Made by a program: the position numbers and the translations under genes | Shown here: one piece after another, positions 9,680-20,207 of the stretch | Layout of the letters: every line of letters begins with the position of its first letter | Numbering within the stretch: position 1 is the stretch's first letter | The notes under the pieces: model-generated | The model's input: the letters and a program-made list of their open reading frames with translations, nothing else | The model's database searches: none | What the model was told of the DNA's origin: nothing | From: a phage | Direction: 5' to 3' (one strand) | DNA: 64,000 bases | Sequence record: PZ445432.1

Positions 9680-11506
9680 TTACTTAAGATTTAAGTGTTT
9701 TACTCTACCAAGAACTTCTTTTTGTTTCCCAGAATTGAAAGGCCTACTGCTAGGGGATCCCAAGTACCCGCAAACCCTACGTGTAACCTCTATTTCTTCA
9801 GACCCACAACTCGGACATACAAACCCACGTTCAGAGGCAACAGATTCACCCATATACCCACAGTTGAAGCACTCATCAATTGGTATATTAACACCAATAT
9901 AATGGCTACATTCTAGCCCCTTATCCACCACATACTCAAGAGCTTTGTGGAACTTTTTCATTTGAGGTAGTTCCACAAATGATATATTACCACCATTAGC
10001 TATTTTGGTAAAATGAGCCTCGTACTCAAATTTAGTATCTGGGGCTACCTTCTCTCTTACGTCCAAATGGTGACTATTAGTGAGATAGCCTTTATCTGTT
10101 AGCCAAGAATACTCTGGGAATCTACGTTCTAGTAATTTATTAAAACGATTACATAGAGACTCACTAGGAGTAGCGTATAAGCTAAATCCAAGATTAGTCT
10201 CATTAGCTTTAACTTCGCAACGATTTTTTAGGTGAGTAAGAACTTCTTCTGTAAATTCAATACAATCCCTATGGGTTTGTGGTAGACCAAACATTATTTG
10301 GCACATCTCATAGACCCCAATGTATCCAAGAGATACAGAAGATCTACCCTCAAAAATAGGCCATACATACTCTTCCCCATCTAAACGCACACCAAAACCA
10401 CCGTGCATATAAAGAATAGGGGCTTGTTTAGCCTTAACTTTCTTCAGTCTGTTTAAGAAGAAGTCATGCGCTTCAAAAGCCTCATCCACATATTTGTCTA
10501 GAATATCCCAGAAATCTTCAAAAACCCCATCTGCCTCAGCAGCAACCATAGGTAGATTAATAGACACTACACCTAAATTATTGCGCCCTGCAATTTCTCC
10601 GGAGGGGATAGCAGATAAAAAGCTACGACAACCCATAGGTGCTTTAAAATCACCAGTAACAGCTACAACTTTCTCATAGCTTAAATAGTCCGGGTACATA
10701 CGGGTAGCAGAACACTCAAGTGCTAGCTGTTTTATATCGTAGTTAGGATCGCCTGGATTTTTATTTAACCCTTCTTTAACTGAGAATACTAGTTTAGGGA
10801 AGATAGGGGTTGACTCAGCAGCACCTAAACCTTTAATACGGTTTTGGAGGATGGCTTTCTGAATCATCCTTTCCTCCCACTCCTGTCCTAGCCCAAAGCC
10901 AAGCGTAACAAAAGGAGTCTGTCCATTAGAGTTAAATAATGAATTAGTTTCATACTCTAGGGCTTGGAATGCGTCATAACACTCTTTTTCAGTGAGTTCA
11001 GTAGCATATACAGCAGCTTTCCTTTCATCCTTGAGCCAACGTAGACCACGACCCAGGTGCTTATCATAAGACTTTCTGACATAAGGGGCTAAAACCTCAT
11101 CGATACGATCAATAGAAGTGCCACCATACTGAGCACCAGATACTTGGGCAATAATCTGAGCAGTGATTGCACATGCAGTAGTTATGGATTTAGGAGTTTC
11201 AATATTTGCATTACCAATTTTAGTACCATTCTTCAGCATGCCACCAAGGTCTACTAAACAACAGTTAGTGTATCCCTGTGCCCTGTAATCCATATCATGG
11301 ATGTGTATTTTACCTAGATTATGGGAGTCTAATAGATGTTTAGGTAATTCTTGTGCTACTAAATACTTGTTGATTTCTCCAGCTAATAAGTCTCTTTGGG
11401 TATGGAACATCTCACTAGGCTTATTAGCATTATTATGTTGTAAGTCCTTATCAGCAGTTAGAGTGAGCAGGCCTTTGCAATTCTCAATTAATTCATTCTC
11501 TGTCAT
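9680..11506 (-). CDS. nrdD: anaerobic ribonucleoside-triphosphate reductase
   Basis: C-terminal glycyl-radical motif RRVCGYLG and CxxC...CPSC zinc site; 608 aa. Confidence 0.9.
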   Translation of the reverse strand: MTENELIENCKGLLTLTADKDLQHNNANKPSEMFHTQRDLLAGEINKYLVAQELPKHLLDSHNLGKIHIHDMDYRAQGYTNCCLVDLGGMLKNGTKIGNANIETPKSITTACAITAQIIAQVSGAQYGGTSIDRIDEVLAPYVRKSYDKHLGRGLRWLKDERKAAVYATELTEKECYDAFQALEYETNSLFNSNGQTPFVTLGFGLGQEWEERMIQKAILQNRIKGLGAAESTPIFPKLVFSVKEGLNKNPGDPNYDIKQLALECSATRMYPDYLSYEKVVAVTGDFKAPMGCRSFLSAIPSGEIAGRNNLGVVSINLPMVAAEADGVFEDFWDILDKYVDEAFEAHDFFLNRLKKVKAKQAPILYMHGGFGVRLDGEEYVWPIFEGRSSVSLGYIGVYEMCQIMFGLPQTHRDCIEFTEEVLTHLKNRCEVKANETNLGFSLYATPSESLCNRFNKLLERRFPEYSWLTDKGYLTNSHHLDVREKVAPDTKFEYEAHFTKIANGGNISFVELPQMKKFHKALEYVVDKGLECSHYIGVNIPIDECFNCGYMGESVASERGFVCPSCGSEEIEVTRRVCGYLGSPSSRPFNSGKQKEVLGRVKHLNLK

Positions 11507-11696
11507 TGATTATTTCCTCAATAAACTTTATAGCTACTTTTGGTTCAATATTGAAGAATTCCGTAGCGCCGTCAAAATCTTTGTACTGGCAATTCTGCTC
11601 TTTAAAGTAGTTATGGGCTAATTTTTCTATTCGAACTGCACTACTATATTCTCCAATTTCAAATACTTTAATTTTTTCGGCATTACTCTTCTCCAC
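11493..11696 (-). CDS. hypothetical protein
   Basis: ORF from track, translationally coupled to nrdD; no radical-SAM Cys motif, so not NrdG. Confidence 0.45.
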   Translation of the reverse strand: MEKSNAEKIKVFEIGEYSSAVRIEKLAHNYFKEQNCQYKDFDGATEFFNIEPKVAIKFIEEIINDRE

Positions 11697-11869
11697 AGAA
11701 TTTTCACACCTATTATACTAAACATTATCCACTATGTCAATTAAAATTTTCTTTCGCCACCTAATACTGTAATATTCCGCGTATAAATAAATGATTATCT
11801 AATACCATACATTTCCCGTTAAAAGCAAGCAAATTTTTTATTTAAATGCAATATCATAGGCTTATTTAA

Positions 11870-11910
11870 AATTGTAGTTGCTTTTTACTGCATATACTGG
11901 TATAATATAT
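11870..11910 (+). promoter_or_regulatory. sigma70 promoter (TTGCTT, 17-bp spacer, extended TGgTATAAT)
   Basis: agttgctttttactgcatatactggtataat upstream of phoH. Confidence 0.5.
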
Positions 11911-11973
11911 TTGTAAGTTGATAAACAAGATCTCTTTGTTGATCCTCTGTTAGAAGCGAAGTACACTATAGGA

Positions 11974-12735
11974 GTGTTATGTATGGGAAAAGCACGTCAA
12001 AAAAGAGAGAACCGCAATGGTTCAAGAAAGCGTGGCAACAAATATGAGAATAACGTAATTCAGGCTGATTTTTCTAATGATTACGCTAACCCAGTTGCTA
12101 AATCCCTAGTAGGTAAAAACCGAGAGCAAAAATCATATATCAATATGATCAAGAACAACACAGTGACTGTGGGTATCGGTGAGCCAGGTACAGGTAAAAC
12201 CTTTATCCCGTCTGTTCTTGCAGCTCAGGAACTCGTAGACATTCACTCAGATATTGAGCAAGTGATCCTCGTACGTCCTAATGAACCTCTAGGTAAGTCT
12301 CTTGGTATGCTTCCTGGTGATCTAGCAGAAAAGCTAGAGCCTTGGTTGGAGCCAATAGCTGATGGTATGAAATGGGCCATCGGTGATCATGCCTATAGGG
12401 GATACGTCGAACGTCAGAAAATTAAATTTTTGGCTATCGAACATGCTCGTGGCAGAACTTTCAACAACTCCTATGTAATTGTCGATGAAGCTCAGAATAT
12501 TTCCGTTGAGGCAATGATTTGTCTCCTAACTCGTGTAGGACAAGACTGCCGTTTAATTATCTGCGGAGATATAGCTCAGAAAGACATTAAAGGTGACTCA
12601 GGTCTAGCACTCCTTATGGAAGTCTATGAGAAATACGAAAATGCCCCCTTCTCAATGATCGAATTGATTGATAACGTTCGTTCTGCTGAGTCTAAAGCAT
12701 TCTACGATATTTTTAAAGACATGGGGAAGGTGTAA
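11974..12735 (+). CDS. phoH: PhoH-like ATPase
   Basis: Walker A GEPGTGKT and PhoH-like length and pattern. Confidence 0.85.
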   Translation: MLCMGKARQKRENRNGSRKRGNKYENNVIQADFSNDYANPVAKSLVGKNREQKSYINMIKNNTVTVGIGEPGTGKTFIPSVLAAQELVDIHSDIEQVILVRPNEPLGKSLGMLPGDLAEKLEPWLEPIADGMKWAIGDHAYRGYVERQKIKFLAIEHARGRTFNNSYVIVDEAQNISVEAMICLLTRVGQDCRLIICGDIAQKDIKGDSGLALLMEVYEKYENAPFSMIELIDNVRSAESKAFYDIFKDMGKV

Positions 12736-12736
12736 T

Positions 12737-12934
12737 ATGGGAGACGTTGTACATCTACACCGAAAAACTAAAATACATCGTACTTCACTGAGTGCTGCTA
12801 ATATGATTACACGTAAGGAAGGGGAAGAAAGTCCTAAGACTACCCTAGCGTGGAAAATTGTAACCTCAAATCCAAATCGGCCCTTCAATTATAACGAACT
12901 AAGTACCTCAATAGATATTCTGCTGAGAACTTAA
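12737..12934 (+). CDS. hypothetical protein
   Basis: ATG one nt after phoH stop; the track ORF starting at 12668 overlaps phoH and is trimmed. Confidence 0.35.
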   Translation: MGDVVHLHRKTKIHRTSLSAANMITRKEGEESPKTTLAWKIVTSNPNRPFNYNELSTSIDILLRT

Positions 12935-13078
12935 GTGGCCAAAAACTAGACTGACAACACAGAAGGCCTGGGTATGAAAGTACTCGGGCCTTTTCTATCA
13001 GAAAATTTTATTTGCCAAATGACTGAGAATAAAGTAAACTATTTCCTAAATCCTGATAACTATAAAAAGGAAAGCCAA

Positions 13079-15412
13079 ATGAGCCATCGCATTGAAAAGG
13101 TAATTAAACGTGACGGTACTGTAGAAGACTTTGCTCCTGAAAAACTCAATGGTTGGGCAGAGTATGGTTGCAAAACAGTTGATGTAAGTTGGTCTGCCAT
13201 TACTATGGCTGCTCAAAAAACTCTGCCTAAAGGGGTTGTAGATTCCGACACTCTGATGGATGCGTTAATTAAAGCTGCTGAAAGTCTTATCAAAGATAAT
13301 CCAGCATACGACGTGCCAGCAAAGGAATTACGTCTTGCGCAGATGCGTAAACGCCTTTATGATTCCTTTGAACCACCTTCTCTACGCTTCTTCCACGATC
13401 ATATGGTTAGTGTAGGTGCATGGGAAGACATGAGTGCATGGATTACCGATGAGCAATTTGAAGCTCTGAATCAGGTTATCGACCATGATCGTGACCGTCT
13501 TTTCACTAGTGGAGGACTGAAACAATTCTTTGATAAGTATTCCCGTCGTAACATAGCCACCGGTGAAATTTATGAAACCCCGCAGTTTGCCTACATGGGT
13601 ATGGCAATGGCGATGCTATCTCAACCTAACTGGACAATTCTCGATGCAATCGACCTATACAACGCAATGTCACTCCACAAAATCAACGTTCCTACGCCGC
13701 CACTGGTTGGTCTGCGCTCTAGTGATCGTGGATTTGCTAGTTGTTGCCTCGTTGATTCCACTGACACATTGGATTCAATCGACACAGCCGAGCACATCGT
13801 TTTTAAAATGGTCGCAGCCAGAGCGGGAATCGGGTATCATCTTGAAAGCAGATCAATTGCTGATCCGGTGCGAAATGGGGCATTCCCGCATTCCGGAAAA
13901 CTGCCATATTATCGACACATTGACCGCTCAGTAAAGGCCAACACTCAGCAAACTCGTGGTGGTTCTGCTACAGTGTCTTATCCATACTTTGATCCTGAAA
14001 TCATTCAGTTGATGCAGGTTAAGCAACAACGTGCTACAGACGAGAATAAAATCGATAAGATGGATTATTCTCTGAGCTTCAACAATCTTTTGTTAAAACG
14101 TTATCTTAAAAATGAAGATATTACGCTAATGTCATACTTCTATGCTCCGGAAGTTCATGAAGCGTTTTATAGTGATGACGAGGCTAAATTTGAAGAAATC
14201 TATGTGGCAGCGGAGAAACGTGTGGCATCTCTTACAAAGATCGACCACGAAGGAAAAACAGTTCCAGCAGCTCCTAAAGTCTCTGCAAAAGAAATCCTAG
14301 ATACTTGGCTGCGTATCCGAATGGAAACAGGACGTATGTATGCCCACCACATTGGGGAATCTAATCGTCACGGTAACTTCCTTGATCCGATCCGTATGAC
14401 AAACCTTTGTGTTGAAATTACTCAGCCTACACGCCCGTTCCATCATATCACGGAACTGTATAAAACGAAAGAGCAGCTTGACCAAATGAAGCCGGAGGAT
14501 ATTGGGGAAGTATCTCTATGTAACTTAGGTGGTGTTGTACTAGGACGCATGGAATCTCTAGCTGAGTGGGAAAAAACTTGCTACATCCTCCTGAAATTCG
14601 TTGATACAATTATTGAAATTCAGGATTATCCGTTCCCAACTATGGAATATACGGCTAAGAAACGTCGTAATGTTGGTATTGGCCTGATGAACGCAGCAGG
14701 TGCAATGGCAGCAGAAGGTCTGGCTTATGAAGGTATTGAAGCCCGTAACTGGATTCACCGTGAGGCTGAAAAACTGTCTTACTTCCTGCATAAAGCCTCT
14801 GTACGCCTAGCTAAAGAACAGGGTGCATGTGAGTGGTTTGATCGTACTAAACCATCTAAAGGAATTCTGGTAATCGACACATACAAGAAAACTGTTGATG
14901 AGCTGGTATCCGTAGGTCTAGAAATGGATTGGGAATCTCTGCGTGCAGATATTCTGAAATACGGTATGCGTAACTCTGTTCTGACTGCGCAGATGCCTGG
15001 AGAAAGTTCCTCTGTACTATTGGGTGTTACCAACTCAATTGAGCCACCTCGTAGGATTGTATCTATCAAGGGTAGTGCAGTGAATAAAGTAATTGCAATT
15101 GCTCCGGGTGCAACTGATTGGGATACTCTCATGAGCTATAAACTGGCCTATGATATTGATCGCACTGAGTGGATCAAATGGAACGCCGTTTACCAAAAAT
15201 TCTTGAGCCAGTCATCAAGTTTCCAGATGTATTATGATTACTCTAAATTCGAGAATGAAATCATTCCTGGCCCAGTAGTAGTTCGTGACTTTATGACTGC
15301 GGTTAAGTATGGTATAAAGACCTGGTATTATGCTAACTTTAACACTGCGAATGGTGGAGGAGCTGGTGAAGAGGCGGCAACAGGTTGTGCATCAGGCGGT
15401 TGTCAGTTATAA
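13079..15412 (+). CDS. nrdA: ribonucleoside-diphosphate reductase large subunit (class Ia)
   Basis: ATP-cone start MSHRIEKVIKRDG preceded by AAGGAAAG RBS; catalytic-core motifs; track start 12974 judged too early. Confidence 0.9.
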   Translation: MSHRIEKVIKRDGTVEDFAPEKLNGWAEYGCKTVDVSWSAITMAAQKTLPKGVVDSDTLMDALIKAAESLIKDNPAYDVPAKELRLAQMRKRLYDSFEPPSLRFFHDHMVSVGAWEDMSAWITDEQFEALNQVIDHDRDRLFTSGGLKQFFDKYSRRNIATGEIYETPQFAYMGMAMAMLSQPNWTILDAIDLYNAMSLHKINVPTPPLVGLRSSDRGFASCCLVDSTDTLDSIDTAEHIVFKMVAARAGIGYHLESRSIADPVRNGAFPHSGKLPYYRHIDRSVKANTQQTRGGSATVSYPYFDPEIIQLMQVKQQRATDENKIDKMDYSLSFNNLLLKRYLKNEDITLMSYFYAPEVHEAFYSDDEAKFEEIYVAAEKRVASLTKIDHEGKTVPAAPKVSAKEILDTWLRIRMETGRMYAHHIGESNRHGNFLDPIRMTNLCVEITQPTRPFHHITELYKTKEQLDQMKPEDIGEVSLCNLGGVVLGRMESLAEWEKTCYILLKFVDTIIEIQDYPFPTMEYTAKKRRNVGIGLMNAAGAMAAEGLAYEGIEARNWIHREAEKLSYFLHKASVRLAKEQGACEWFDRTKPSKGILVIDTYKKTVDELVSVGLEMDWESLRADILKYGMRNSVLTAQMPGESSSVLLGVTNSIEPPRRIVSIKGSAVNKVIAIAPGATDWDTLMSYKLAYDIDRTEWIKWNAVYQKFLSQSSSFQMYYDYSKFENEIIPGPVVVRDFMTAVKYGIKTWYYANFNTANGGGAGEEAATGCASGGCQL

Positions 15413-15419
15413 TAAAAAC

Positions 15420-15448
15420 AAGGAGATCTTCGGGTCTCCTTTTTCTTT
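15420..15448 (+). terminator. rho-independent terminator
   Basis: ggagatcttcgggtctcc hairpin followed by tttttcttt. Confidence 0.6.
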
Positions 15449-15513
15449 GAAATTTTACTTGCTAATCGCTACCAGATTTGCTATAATATCTCCATTAGTT
15501 AAGGAGATTAGTT

Positions 15514-16029
15514 TTGATAACACAAGATGAATTAAAAAGGATTCTGGAGTATAATCCAGATGAAGGAACATTTACTTGGTTAAATAACCAGGAAGTACAC
15601 AATAAAGTAAGGGGACTACCTGCTGGCTGTTTAAAACCCCACTCAGTAGATCCTAACCGAAAAGACTTAGTAATACAAATCAAGGGTAAGAAGTATCCCG
15701 CACAAAATATTGCTTTCCTGTACATGACAGGAAACTTACCTAAAGTTATGGTTGACCATATAGATGGAGATTCACTAAACTATAAGTGGGCTAATCTAAG
15801 AGAAGCAGACTGGCAGTTAAATAGTCAAAATAGAAAAACTAGTAAAAACAATATATTGGGTACTAAGAATATTCGGAAGAAAGGGTCTGGATTTCAAGTT
15901 AGAAAATCCATTAACGGAAAAGAATATGTGAAAACTCTCCCAACTCTAGAAGAGGCGATAGAGTATCGAGATTCTTTAATCCTCTCTATAACCAAAGATC
16001 CAACACTACTTAGAAACACAGATAAATAG
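15514..16029 (+). CDS. HNH homing endonuclease
   Basis: HIDGDSLNYKWANLREA HNH signature; inserted between nrdA and nrdB. Confidence 0.75.
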   Translation: MITQDELKRILEYNPDEGTFTWLNNQEVHNKVRGLPAGCLKPHSVDPNRKDLVIQIKGKKYPAQNIAFLYMTGNLPKVMVDHIDGDSLNYKWANLREADWQLNSQNRKTSKNNILGTKNIRKKGSGFQVRKSINGKEYVKTLPTLEEAIEYRDSLILSITKDPTLLRNTDK

Positions 16030-16037
16030 GAGAACTA

Positions 16038-17183
16038 ATGACAACTTTACTTAACTTAAACTGGGATCATACCAATAAAGATCTATTTCTCGGTGATTCT
16101 CTTGGTATTGCAGATTATGTACGAGTAGCCCATCCAGAGCTGGAAAGGCTGGCGTTATTAGCTCGCTCTCAATTCTGGACTGAAACTGAAATCAGTCTGG
16201 AAGCAGATAAGAAACAATGGCCTAATCTCCCACGAGAAATTCAGGAAATTACCCTCCTGAATTTAGCATGGCAGACTCAAACTGATTCCTTTATCAGTCG
16301 AGCGCCTGAAGCAGCTATTATGCCACTTGTAAGTCGTCCAGAATTGGAAGGTATGCTAAAGCAGTGGAGCTACTTCGAAGACCTGCATAGTCGCGCCTAT
16401 AGCAATATTATTCGTAATGTGCTGACTGATCCAGCAGAATTTATTGATTCTGTAACCAAAAACCAGGAAGCATTCGCACGCATCGCTGATTCTGTTGAAC
16501 TGTTCGATGAACTGTATCAGTTAGGTCAGTATTTCCTCGCAGTACGCGATCATCGTGGTGACAATACATATCCAGAAACTGAGTTCCCTGAAGTTAAACG
16601 TGAAACTCAGGCTAAACTATTAGACGCTTACTTTGCGATCTATGGTCTGGAAGCAATGCAGTTTTACGCATCCTTTGCATGTACTTTTGCTCTAGCAGAG
16701 AACGATATTCTGCAAGGTATTGCTAAGAACCTGCAATTAATCGCTAAAGATGAGGCTCTGCACACCCAGATGTCTAAAGCAATCATCCAGATTATGTTCC
16801 AGCAGTTTGACAAAGATCTGGTAGATGAAGCAGTGGCTAAAGCACCAGCACAGCTCCTGAAAACTCTGAAAACTGAAATTGAATGGGGTCATTTCATTTT
16901 CAAAGGTCGTAGTCTGATTGGCTTGAATGCAGAACTTCTAGAAGAATATCTGTACTTTGTGGGGCGTAATGCATTTATGCACATCGGTGTAGAATGGCCT
17001 AGTCATTTACCAGTAATCACTAAGAACCCCATTCCGTGGATCATGAACTGGCTGGATACCACTTCTTTACAGCCTGCTCCACAAGAAATCCAGATTGGTG
17101 CAGCCTACCGTGTAGGTCAGGTAACTGAGACCTCTACTGATACTCTGAAAGATCTGGGTAATGAATTTGGAGATTTCTTATGA
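16038..17183 (+). CDS. nrdB: ribonucleoside-diphosphate reductase small subunit
   Basis: di-iron/tyrosyl-radical R2 fold motifs; 381 aa. Confidence 0.9.
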   Translation: MTTLLNLNWDHTNKDLFLGDSLGIADYVRVAHPELERLALLARSQFWTETEISLEADKKQWPNLPREIQEITLLNLAWQTQTDSFISRAPEAAIMPLVSRPELEGMLKQWSYFEDLHSRAYSNIIRNVLTDPAEFIDSVTKNQEAFARIADSVELFDELYQLGQYFLAVRDHRGDNTYPETEFPEVKRETQAKLLDAYFAIYGLEAMQFYASFACTFALAENDILQGIAKNLQLIAKDEALHTQMSKAIIQIMFQQFDKDLVDEAVAKAPAQLLKTLKTEIEWGHFIFKGRSLIGLNAELLEEYLYFVGRNAFMHIGVEWPSHLPVITKNPIPWIMNWLDTTSLQPAPQEIQIGAAYRVGQVTETSTDTLKDLGNEFGDFL

Positions 17184-17710
17184 TTACAGCAATGTATGCA
17201 GTTGGGCCGAATGGAGAGTTCGGCCTCCGAGGTAAACTTCCCTGGGGTTCCTTCAAAGAAGAGTTAGATGCTTTCTATTCTCAACTGGACGTGTTGAATC
17301 CAGATAACATCATCATTGGTGCGGGTACTTATTTAGCACTTCCAGAAGTTGTTAGGCAACGTATGATTGGAGAATCCGACCTCTTTATTCGTGCTGACCG
17401 ACCTCTGGCTGATAGCATCAAAGAAACTTACACTGCCATATCAAGGATAGGTGATACACTACCTACTTTCCTAAAAGATCAGCAAACAGTAGTTCTAGGC
17501 GGAGCTAATCTTCTCCTAGAAATGTATCAGCATGGGCATATAGAAAGTGCTTTTGTATCTACAATCTTTAGTGAGCAGAAGCTAGAGGCAGATACATACC
17601 TAGATAGTATGATACTGGATTATAACTATGAATCCACTCGATTAGTCTATGCAGTTGGCGCAAACAGTGATAACAGCCTGCGATTTGTACAGGAATTGGT
17701 TACTTATTAA
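17180..17710 (+). CDS. frd: dihydrofolate reductase
   Basis: MITAMYAVGPNGEFG...LPW DHFR N-terminus; overlaps nrdB stop. Confidence 0.85.
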   Translation: MITAMYAVGPNGEFGLRGKLPWGSFKEELDAFYSQLDVLNPDNIIIGAGTYLALPEVVRQRMIGESDLFIRADRPLADSIKETYTAISRIGDTLPTFLKDQQTVVLGGANLLLEMYQHGHIESAFVSTIFSEQKLEADTYLDSMILDYNYESTRLVYAVGANSDNSLRFVQELVTY

Positions 17711-18549
17711 TGCAACAATACTTAAAAATTTTGACAGATGTAATTTTACTAGGTGAACCCCGTAATGACCGTACAGGAACAGGCACAGTTTCAATTTTTG
17801 ATTCCTATGCTAAGTTCGATCTACGTGAGGGATTCCCTGCCGTAACCACTAAACGTCTAGCCTGGAAATCAGTAGTAGGAGAACTTTTATGGTTCTTGTC
17901 TGGTTCCACAAATCTTCATGATCTACGTGTATTCACATTTGGGCGTGACGAAGGACAGTGGACCATCTGGACTCCAAATTATGAAGACCAAGCTATAAGT
18001 ATGGGGTATGATAAGGGTAATCTAGGACCGGTATATGGTAAACAGTGGCGTAACTTTGGTGGGCGAGATCAGATTCTAGAACTTATTGAAGGACTCAAGA
18101 ATAATCCTCATGGCCGCAGACATCTAGTTTCTGCATGGAACGTAGCTGAACTTGATAAAATGGCATTACCGCCCTGCCACTACGGCTTCCAGTGCTATGT
18201 AAGTAACGATGGATACCTAGATCTTAAATGGACACAACGTTCTGTAGATTGTTTCCTCGGTTTACCCTTCAATATTGCTAGTTATGCTTTATTAACGCAT
18301 ATATTAGCAAAACTGACAGGATTAAAACCTCGTTATCTCATCTTTAGTGGTGGAGATACTCATATCTATAATGACCACATGGAACAGGTAGAAGAACAGG
18401 TAAAACGCAAGCCACGCCCTCTACCAACTCTAGTAATGCCAGAGTTTGTAGATCTTTACGATTTATTAGAAAATAATACGGCAGCTTGGTCCTTCCAGCT
18501 TGAAGGATATGATCCGCATCCGGCTCTTAAAGCTAAAATGTCTTCCTAA
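17710..18549 (+). CDS. thyA: thymidylate synthase
   Basis: RNDRTGTGT, ELLWFL and PPCH active-site region. Confidence 0.9.
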   Translation: MQQYLKILTDVILLGEPRNDRTGTGTVSIFDSYAKFDLREGFPAVTTKRLAWKSVVGELLWFLSGSTNLHDLRVFTFGRDEGQWTIWTPNYEDQAISMGYDKGNLGPVYGKQWRNFGGRDQILELIEGLKNNPHGRRHLVSAWNVAELDKMALPPCHYGFQCYVSNDGYLDLKWTQRSVDCFLGLPFNIASYALLTHILAKLTGLKPRYLIFSGGDTHIYNDHMEQVEEQVKRKPRPLPTLVMPEFVDLYDLLENNTAAWSFQLEGYDPHPALKAKMSS

Positions 18550-18553
18550 CTCA

Positions 18554-18585
18554 AATAGCCCTTCGGGGCTATTATATTTAAATTT
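18554..18585 (+). terminator. rho-independent terminator
   Basis: aatagcccttcggggctatt hairpin with T-rich tail. Confidence 0.55.
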
Positions 18586-18620
18586 CATTTGCTTATTTAG
18601 TGAAATTTAAATATAATATA
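18580..18620 (+). promoter_or_regulatory. conserved early sigma70 promoter
   Basis: catttgctta ...17 bp... tataat. Confidence 0.55.
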
Positions 18621-18642
18621 TTTTATAAATTGGAGGTATATA

Positions 18643-18924
18643 ATGATTTCAGCCAAAGAAGCTCAAGAACTTGCAGGATTAACAGAAGTACCCGCATTCC
18701 TAAAGTTTATAGAAGAAAAGATTGTAGAAGCTGCTAAGTCTGGAAATACAGAAGTAATTATTCGAGATAATCCTTACGCTAGGTGGCTATATAATCCTAG
18801 AGAAATGCCAGGAGCAGCTAAATCGGTACTAAAAACCTTATCGGATAAGGGGTATCACCTCTCACAATACTACCGAGAAGCCGCCTTTGTAGACATGGGT
18901 CTTAAAATTAGTTGGGAGGTATAA
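18643..18924 (+). CDS. hypothetical protein
   Basis: ORF with GGAGG RBS. Confidence 0.5.
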   Translation: MISAKEAQELAGLTEVPAFLKFIEEKIVEAAKSGNTEVIIRDNPYARWLYNPREMPGAAKSVLKTLSDKGYHLSQYYREAAFVDMGLKISWEV

Positions 18925-19400
18925 TGTCGGTTTTCCACATTTACACAGATGGTGCTTGTAAGTCTAACCCAGGTCCAGGTGCTTGGGGTTTTATTGTCTA
19001 TAATGATAACGACGATCGTTTAGGTTCTAAATCTGGTTATAATCCTAAAACTACAAATAATGAGATGGAACTCACAGCTATTGTAGAAGCTCTACGTTGG
19101 TCTGTTAAAAAAGATAATAGACCAATTGCTATCTATACTGATTCTGCTTATTGCAAAAATGGCATGGAAAGTTGGATGTTTTCTTGGCAAAGGAAAGGCT
19201 GGAAGAAAGCAGATGGTGAAGTTCCCCTTAATCTAGAACTTTGGCAGGAAGCATTTAAATTAACACAGCAGTATATCAACTTTCATAATATTAACCCTAC
19301 TTTTATTAAGGTTAAAGGACATTCTGGTATTAGTGGTAATGAAGCTGTAGACGCCTTATGTAACACAGTTATTACTGAGCAAGAACTTGCCGAGATGTGA
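18912..19400 (+). CDS. rnhA: ribonuclease HI
   Basis: YTDGAC, TDS and HSG...NE.D catalytic motifs. Confidence 0.85.
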   Translation: MGGIMSVFHIYTDGACKSNPGPGAWGFIVYNDNDDRLGSKSGYNPKTTNNEMELTAIVEALRWSVKKDNRPIAIYTDSAYCKNGMESWMFSWQRKGWKKADGEVPLNLELWQEAFKLTQQYINFHNINPTFIKVKGHSGISGNEAVDALCNTVITEQELAEM

Positions 19401-19409
19401 TAAGTAAAT

Positions 19410-19452
19410 TAAAAATTCAATTGCTTAAAGCCCTCTAATTTAGTATAATATT
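19410..19452 (+). promoter_or_regulatory. conserved early sigma70 promoter
   Basis: aaaaattcaattgcttaaag...tagtataat. Confidence 0.55.
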
Positions 19453-19476
19453 CGTATTGAAAGTGAGGAGGGCTTT

Positions 19477-19761
19477 ATGAGAATTTATAACTCAAATTCA
19501 TTAGGATTTAAACCATTGAGAAAACGTGCACAATCACCTCGTCAAATAAGAAAGGCTAATATTGGTGAACCAGAAACACGTCTTCCACCTCCTCCAGAAC
19601 AACGTTTAGTTTATCTGGACGAAGAATTAGCGGAACGCGAAAGAAAAGCTCAAGAAGAGATTAAGCATAAGAAAATGTGTACTGCTCCAGCCTACTCCAA
19701 AGGGGCTTATCAATATATCTATACAGCCGAGGAGGCTAAAGATGCGGGGCGTAAAAAATGA
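19477..19761 (+). CDS. hypothetical protein
   Basis: ORF from track. Confidence 0.5.
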   Translation: MRIYNSNSLGFKPLRKRAQSPRQIRKANIGEPETRLPPPPEQRLVYLDEELAERERKAQEEIKHKKMCTAPAYSKGAYQYIYTAEEAKDAGRKK

Positions 19762-20207
19762 AGATTACTGAATTTAAAGGTACTTATAGTTTTTTATCTA
19801 ACTTTTATTTATCACCAATTACTTTCGAATATCTAAATGAGATATGGCATGCTGATACTGTAGAACATGCTTTTCAGGCTATGAAATCCGACCAAAAAGA
19901 TGATGTAGCTCATGTGCTGCGCTCCCTAAATGCAGGAGTTGCCAAACGTAGAGGACGTAAATTAACTCTGCGCTCTGACTGGGATAAGGTAAAAGATGAT
20001 GTAATGTTAGAGCTTTTACGGTTAAAGTTTGCAATCCCTGATTTGAGGGACAAACTGTTAGCAACAAAAAATGCAACTTTGATCGAAGGAAATACCTGGG
20101 GAGATACATACTGGGGTGTTTGCCGAGGCATCGGGGATAATACTTTAGGAGTTCTTTTGATGCAGGTAAGGTCTGAAATTAAAAGAAGTTTACAGTTAAT
20201 AAATTAA
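19758..20207 (+). CDS. NADAR/YbiA-like (DUF1768) domain protein
   Basis: GTYSFLSNFY ... HAFQAMK ... GDTYWG pattern typical of the YbiA/NADAR family. Confidence 0.6.
   Translation: MKITEFKGTYSFLSNFYLSPITFEYLNEIWHADTVEHAFQAMKSDQKDDVAHVLRSLNAGVAKRRGRKLTLRSDWDKVKDDVMLELLRLKFAIPDLRDKLLATKNATLIEGNTWGDTYWGVCRGIGDNTLGVLLMQVRSEIKRSLQLIN

Noticed and set aside
11493-11696. Possible NrdG activase downstream of nrdD
   Set aside because: Only 67 aa and lacking the CxxxCxxC radical-SAM motif; kept as a hypothetical protein.
12974-13078. 35-codon N-terminal extension of nrdA given by the track
   Set aside because: The ATP-cone begins at the ATG at 13079, which has a strong AAGGAAAG RBS; the upstream stretch contains a terminator-like hairpin.
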